Shown here one piece after another: positions 60,676-64,000 of a DNA stretch of 64,000 nucleotides. Within the stretch, counting starts at the first letter, position 1. Every line of letters starts with the position of its first letter. The notes beneath the pieces are model-generated. The model did not search any database, had not been told where the DNA came from, and was given only the letters and a program-made list of their open reading frames with translations. Made by a program: the position numbers and the translations under genes. This DNA comes from Spirochaetia bacterium (GTDB lineage Bacteria > Spirochaetota > Spirochaetia > DSM-16054 > Sediminispirochaetaceae): the NCBI GenBank assembly GCA_034520965.1, contig JAXHMY010000001.1, forward strand, positions 608,001 to 672,000. Reading direction: 5' to 3'.

Positions 60676-61145
60676 TCGCGTGTCTTAATAATAACCCAAG
60701 TAGCTCCGGCGCCACCTTTTTCACGCCGCGGAGTTCCCAATTCACCGGCAATCGGCGATTGTTGCAAGTATTCTAAGACAGCCTTAGGTAGAACCGCTTT
60801 TCCCTTTGAATGGTTACCCTTCCCATGCACAATCTGGACCTTACGCAAACCCCTCTGAACCGCCTCATTGAGGAACTGTTCAAGTCTGGTAAGCGACTGT
60901 TCCAGATTCAATCCATGCAGATCAATCTCATCTTCAGGCTCCAGTTTACGCAAATGCTCCCGCGCGGCTATCGGATCGATGTACTCCTCGGAAGGTCCCT
61001 TGTCGTAATACTTCCAGTTTTTTTCCGAATCAATCCACCGCTCGAGGGTCTGCTTGCATTTATCCGCAGTATCCCCGTTGGGGTAGTTTGAATGGCTCTT
61101 ACTCTTTCCCCTTTCCCACTCTTCGAGAATCTGCGCAAAATCCAT
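60672..61145 (-). CDS. Smr/MutS2 C-terminal domain protein
   Basis: IDLHGL...IVHGKGNHS...GGAGATWV. Confidence 0.9.
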   Translation of the reverse strand: MDFAQILEEWERGKSKSHSNYPNGDTADKCKQTLERWIDSEKNWKYYDKGPSEEYIDPIAAREHLRKLEPEDEIDLHGLNLEQSLTRLEQFLNEAVQRGLRKVQIVHGKGNHSKGKAVLPKAVLEYLQQSPIAGELGTPRREKGGAGATWVIIKTRD

Positions 61146-61206
61146 GATAATCTCCTTAGGTGAAGTGAGCGTCTTTACTATAAGAACAGCACAGCTATTG
61201 CTGTTG

Positions 61207-63248
61207 TTACAGTTTCTCGGACAGTTTTTTTAAACTAGGTATGGAAATTATATCTTCCTTTAAGACCCATCCCTTGCGTCCCAGTCCCGTTTCAATAAAA
61301 AAGAACTCTTCAGCGGCTCCCTTAATCTTCACAAGCTCACCCTCTTTCACAGTAAAGGCATCTGAAGATTCTATGTGGGGAATTTTTTTTACTGCCGGCA
61401 TTGATTCATCCGCTGTAGCTATTACCCCGACTTCTTGACTGGATTGTACGACCGAATACAACAACCCAATTCCCATTACAATACTTGCCAATAACATGAA
61501 AGATGCAACAATAAAAAAGCCGTTTTTTTGTCTAAAGAGATAGATTATCCCCATAAAACCGGCTCCGTTGATGAATAGCGTTAACAACAACAAGAACAGA
61601 TCAGGATGAAACGGAAAGGGAGGTTCAATATCGGTGGTGATACCATGTTCCTGGGATATATAATCCAGAAAGGCTGCATAGGTCTCGTTCATTGGCTGAA
61701 TAGTCAATGCTGTTCGAGCATATACTACCGCCGACCCGATATCGCCTTTCTGAAAAGAGGAAAGAGCAGCATTATACCGCAAGTCCGGAACTTCAGGCTG
61801 CTCTCGTGCGGCCTGAAGATATAATGCTTCCGCAAGGGCAAACTCCTCTTGATTATATGCCTCTCGGGGCATCTGATAGTATCCTACCAAGGTTTCGTTG
61901 CTGCAAACTCCACAGCTCCGAAAGAGAAGAATAGAGACCAGAGAAGCCCAGTAGGACAAGTCTTTTCCGGCGAGTATATAGAAGAAAAGAAAAACAGGAG
62001 CGGACCCGGCAGCATCCACCCATATGAGGCAATTTGTGTAAATCGAATGGAAATTTCACTCGTCCGCATAGAGCCGATTGATCGGGGAACAAATCCAAAT
62101 CCGGTGGTATCCAGCTCTTCGGCAGCTCCCCTTCTTTCAGGTATAATCTCAACAGGAAAGGTAAAAGAACGTGTAGAGTAGACTCTACCGGATGCCGGCT
62201 GTACGGCCTTTAAAGAGGTAACTGTTAGCCTTTTCTGCCCCGGCTCTTCAGCTGCCAGGGAATAGGTGTAGGTCCGGCTGCCCCTGTACCCATTCTGTGT
62301 GGGAGTGTAGTCGGAACTCTCCTCGACCTGCAGCTGTGTAAAGCCATCTAACTGTATATCTGGAAACTGCAGATAATTCAGATTACCGGTACCCTCCACT
62401 CGAACCGTAAGCGATACTCGATCCCCCTGTCGGACTTCACCCTTTTCAATTTCCGCCGACAAGCTGAAATCTCCCACGGCTCCACTCGCCTGGACAGATT
62501 CCGGTAACGGAAGCACCTGTATCACCGGACGACCGGAGACAGCCTGTCCATGGGTGTAGCTCACCCGTGCTTGCGGCAAGGCTATACTTCCCGGGGAAGA
62601 CGGAGTAAATATATAGCCGGCCACCGGTATTTCATACAAGGTTTCACCGCCGCGGCGCTTACGATTGATACTTCCAAGCCCTTCCGCCATTTGAAAAAAA
62701 CCTTCCGAAGGCGAACCTACCGATATACCCTCGAACATACTAATCTCAGGCTGTTCAAGTGCATTTAGTACGCTCACCACATTCTGCCCCACATATGCGG
62801 TCTCAGCAGAAATGCTCCACTCAAGCTCGAGCGGAATAATAAGCTGCTGATTTCTATAGACACCAACCTCAAGCAGCTGAGGCTCTGTGGTATAGACTCT
62901 CTCAACTCCAGTAAGCCTATAGGGACCAATTTCATAACGGCCTGTGTCGTCGGAGCGGTATATATATGTGATTTCTGTGAGGGTTCTACGCTCACCTGTA
63001 GAACCGGATGTATATACAGGCCGAATATAGGGCCCCCGCAGCAGCATAATAGCATCGTCAAAACCGGGCTCTTCAACCTCTACCATTGAGGAGTCCTCGA
63101 CGGGAACCCGAATAGTCACACTAAACCGGTCTCCCCGTCCTACAGGGTTTGGACTGACCTCAACCTGAACTTCACTCCCAGTCTGGGCTTGAAGAAACGC
63201 GGCAGTAAAGAATAAAACTACAAGCTGTACAAATATCAGTTTATGCAT
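61207..63248 (-). CDS. batD: BatD-family protein with C-terminal TPR/SH3 (BatE-like) region, frameshifted near 61920-61990
   Basis: Ig-like repeats with GAVGDF...VEGTGNL; second ORF has TPR (YNAALS) and SH3-like GRKGWV; bat context. Confidence 0.7.
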
Positions 63249-63251
63249 AGG

Positions 63252-63851
63252 CTACCAATCTTTACCGGCGGGTGACTGTTCGGCATCATGATCCGGACTT
63301 AGCAGTGTAGGTGAACTGCGCTTGACATACTCAAGAATACGACCGGCATCCTCACTTACCTCCTCCGAATCCTGTGGATTTTCGGGCGACACACGGGCAT
63401 TTTGCTCTTCCTCAGAAAGATTCAACTTTCGCAGACAGTACTCTAAGTTCGCCTTTGTCTCTAGGTCTTCCGGATTCAGTCGTAGGGCCTCTCGAAAATT
63501 GTTATATGCATTTTGGTAGTTTCCCCTTTCGTATTGAATTACTCCCCGGTTAAAGGCGATTCGGAAAAGTAACTCAGGATCCCTGCTCGCCGCGACAGAA
63601 CTTTGCCATTCCTCTACAGCCGCCTCAGATTCGCCTAAAGAGTGGTATACGTTCCCAAGGTTATACAAAAGACGGTCGGAATATTGGGCAGCTTTCAAAC
63701 TCTGAATATATACCAAATTCGCCTCCTTATACTCGCCCCGGGAAAAGGCATAGTTTCCCTCAATAACCTTCACATAACTTTCAATCGGTGTACATGAGCT
63801 CAGCATCAACAGTAAAAGTATATTTCCGGCAACTAATATGTTCCGCGCCAT
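63252..63851 (-). CDS. TPR protein (BatC-like)
   Basis: YNLGNVYH, FNRGVIQY...ALRLNP...KANLE, C-terminal KDW. Confidence 0.75.
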   Translation of the reverse strand: MARNILVAGNILLLLMLSSCTPIESYVKVIEGNYAFSRGEYKEANLVYIQSLKAAQYSDRLLYNLGNVYHSLGESEAAVEEWQSSVAASRDPELLFRIAFNRGVIQYERGNYQNAYNNFREALRLNPEDLETKANLEYCLRKLNLSEEEQNARVSPENPQDSEEVSEDAGRILEYVKRSSPTLLSPDHDAEQSPAGKDW

Positions 63852-64000
63852 GGAATAATCCTCACTAAAAACGAGATAAACAGAGCAGCAATTGCAACCA
63901 GTAAAAACAGCTGATACCTCTCCTGCTCTAAAAAGCGAATATTTTCACCCCCCTGCTGCAGTGAGAGACACGCAAACAGCTCCGACAGTGAACCCTCTTC
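63833..64000 (-). CDS. 3' end of probable BatB-like protein (runs off window end)
   Basis: Open frame ending ERYQLFLLVAIAALFISFLV...; position upstream of batC-like gene. Confidence 0.5.
   Translation of the reverse strand, partial: EEGSLSELFACLSLQQGGENIRFLEQERYQLFLLVAIAALFISFLVRIIPWRGTY

Overview
Chromosomal window from a bacterium that is most likely an anaerobic spirochaete. This is inferred from the archaeal-type pyrH, Bat genes, DksA/TraR, OmpA and the signal-peptide style. Left to right: end of pyrH; a PII-like + PTS-EIIA + Mbh-type Mrp (mnhEFG-B'-B-C-D-D) operon; a full pho/pst operon with Pho boxes; tRNA-Leu(CAA) followed by a DUF2283 relic and vapBC; flavodiiron fprA; pntAa-Ab-B; a periplasmic binding protein/kinase pair; a TetR-RND/MMPL-LolA-like-outer membrane protein module with a duplicated operator; a cupin and two convergent DUF318 permease pairs; several sensor kinases and housekeeping genes; a trimeric [FeFe]-hydrogenase whose HydB subunit is fused to a GltD/NfnB-like module; OmpA, a degenerate DEAD-box protein, dksA, infA, smr and bat genes. 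Two divergent IS1/IS1595-like elements have unrelated terminal repeats but a shared 5' motif. Intergenic regions hold many near-perfect ~35-45 bp palindromes of several families, including three stacked between dksA and infA. Many genes are broken by 1-bp indels, probably long-read assembly errors.
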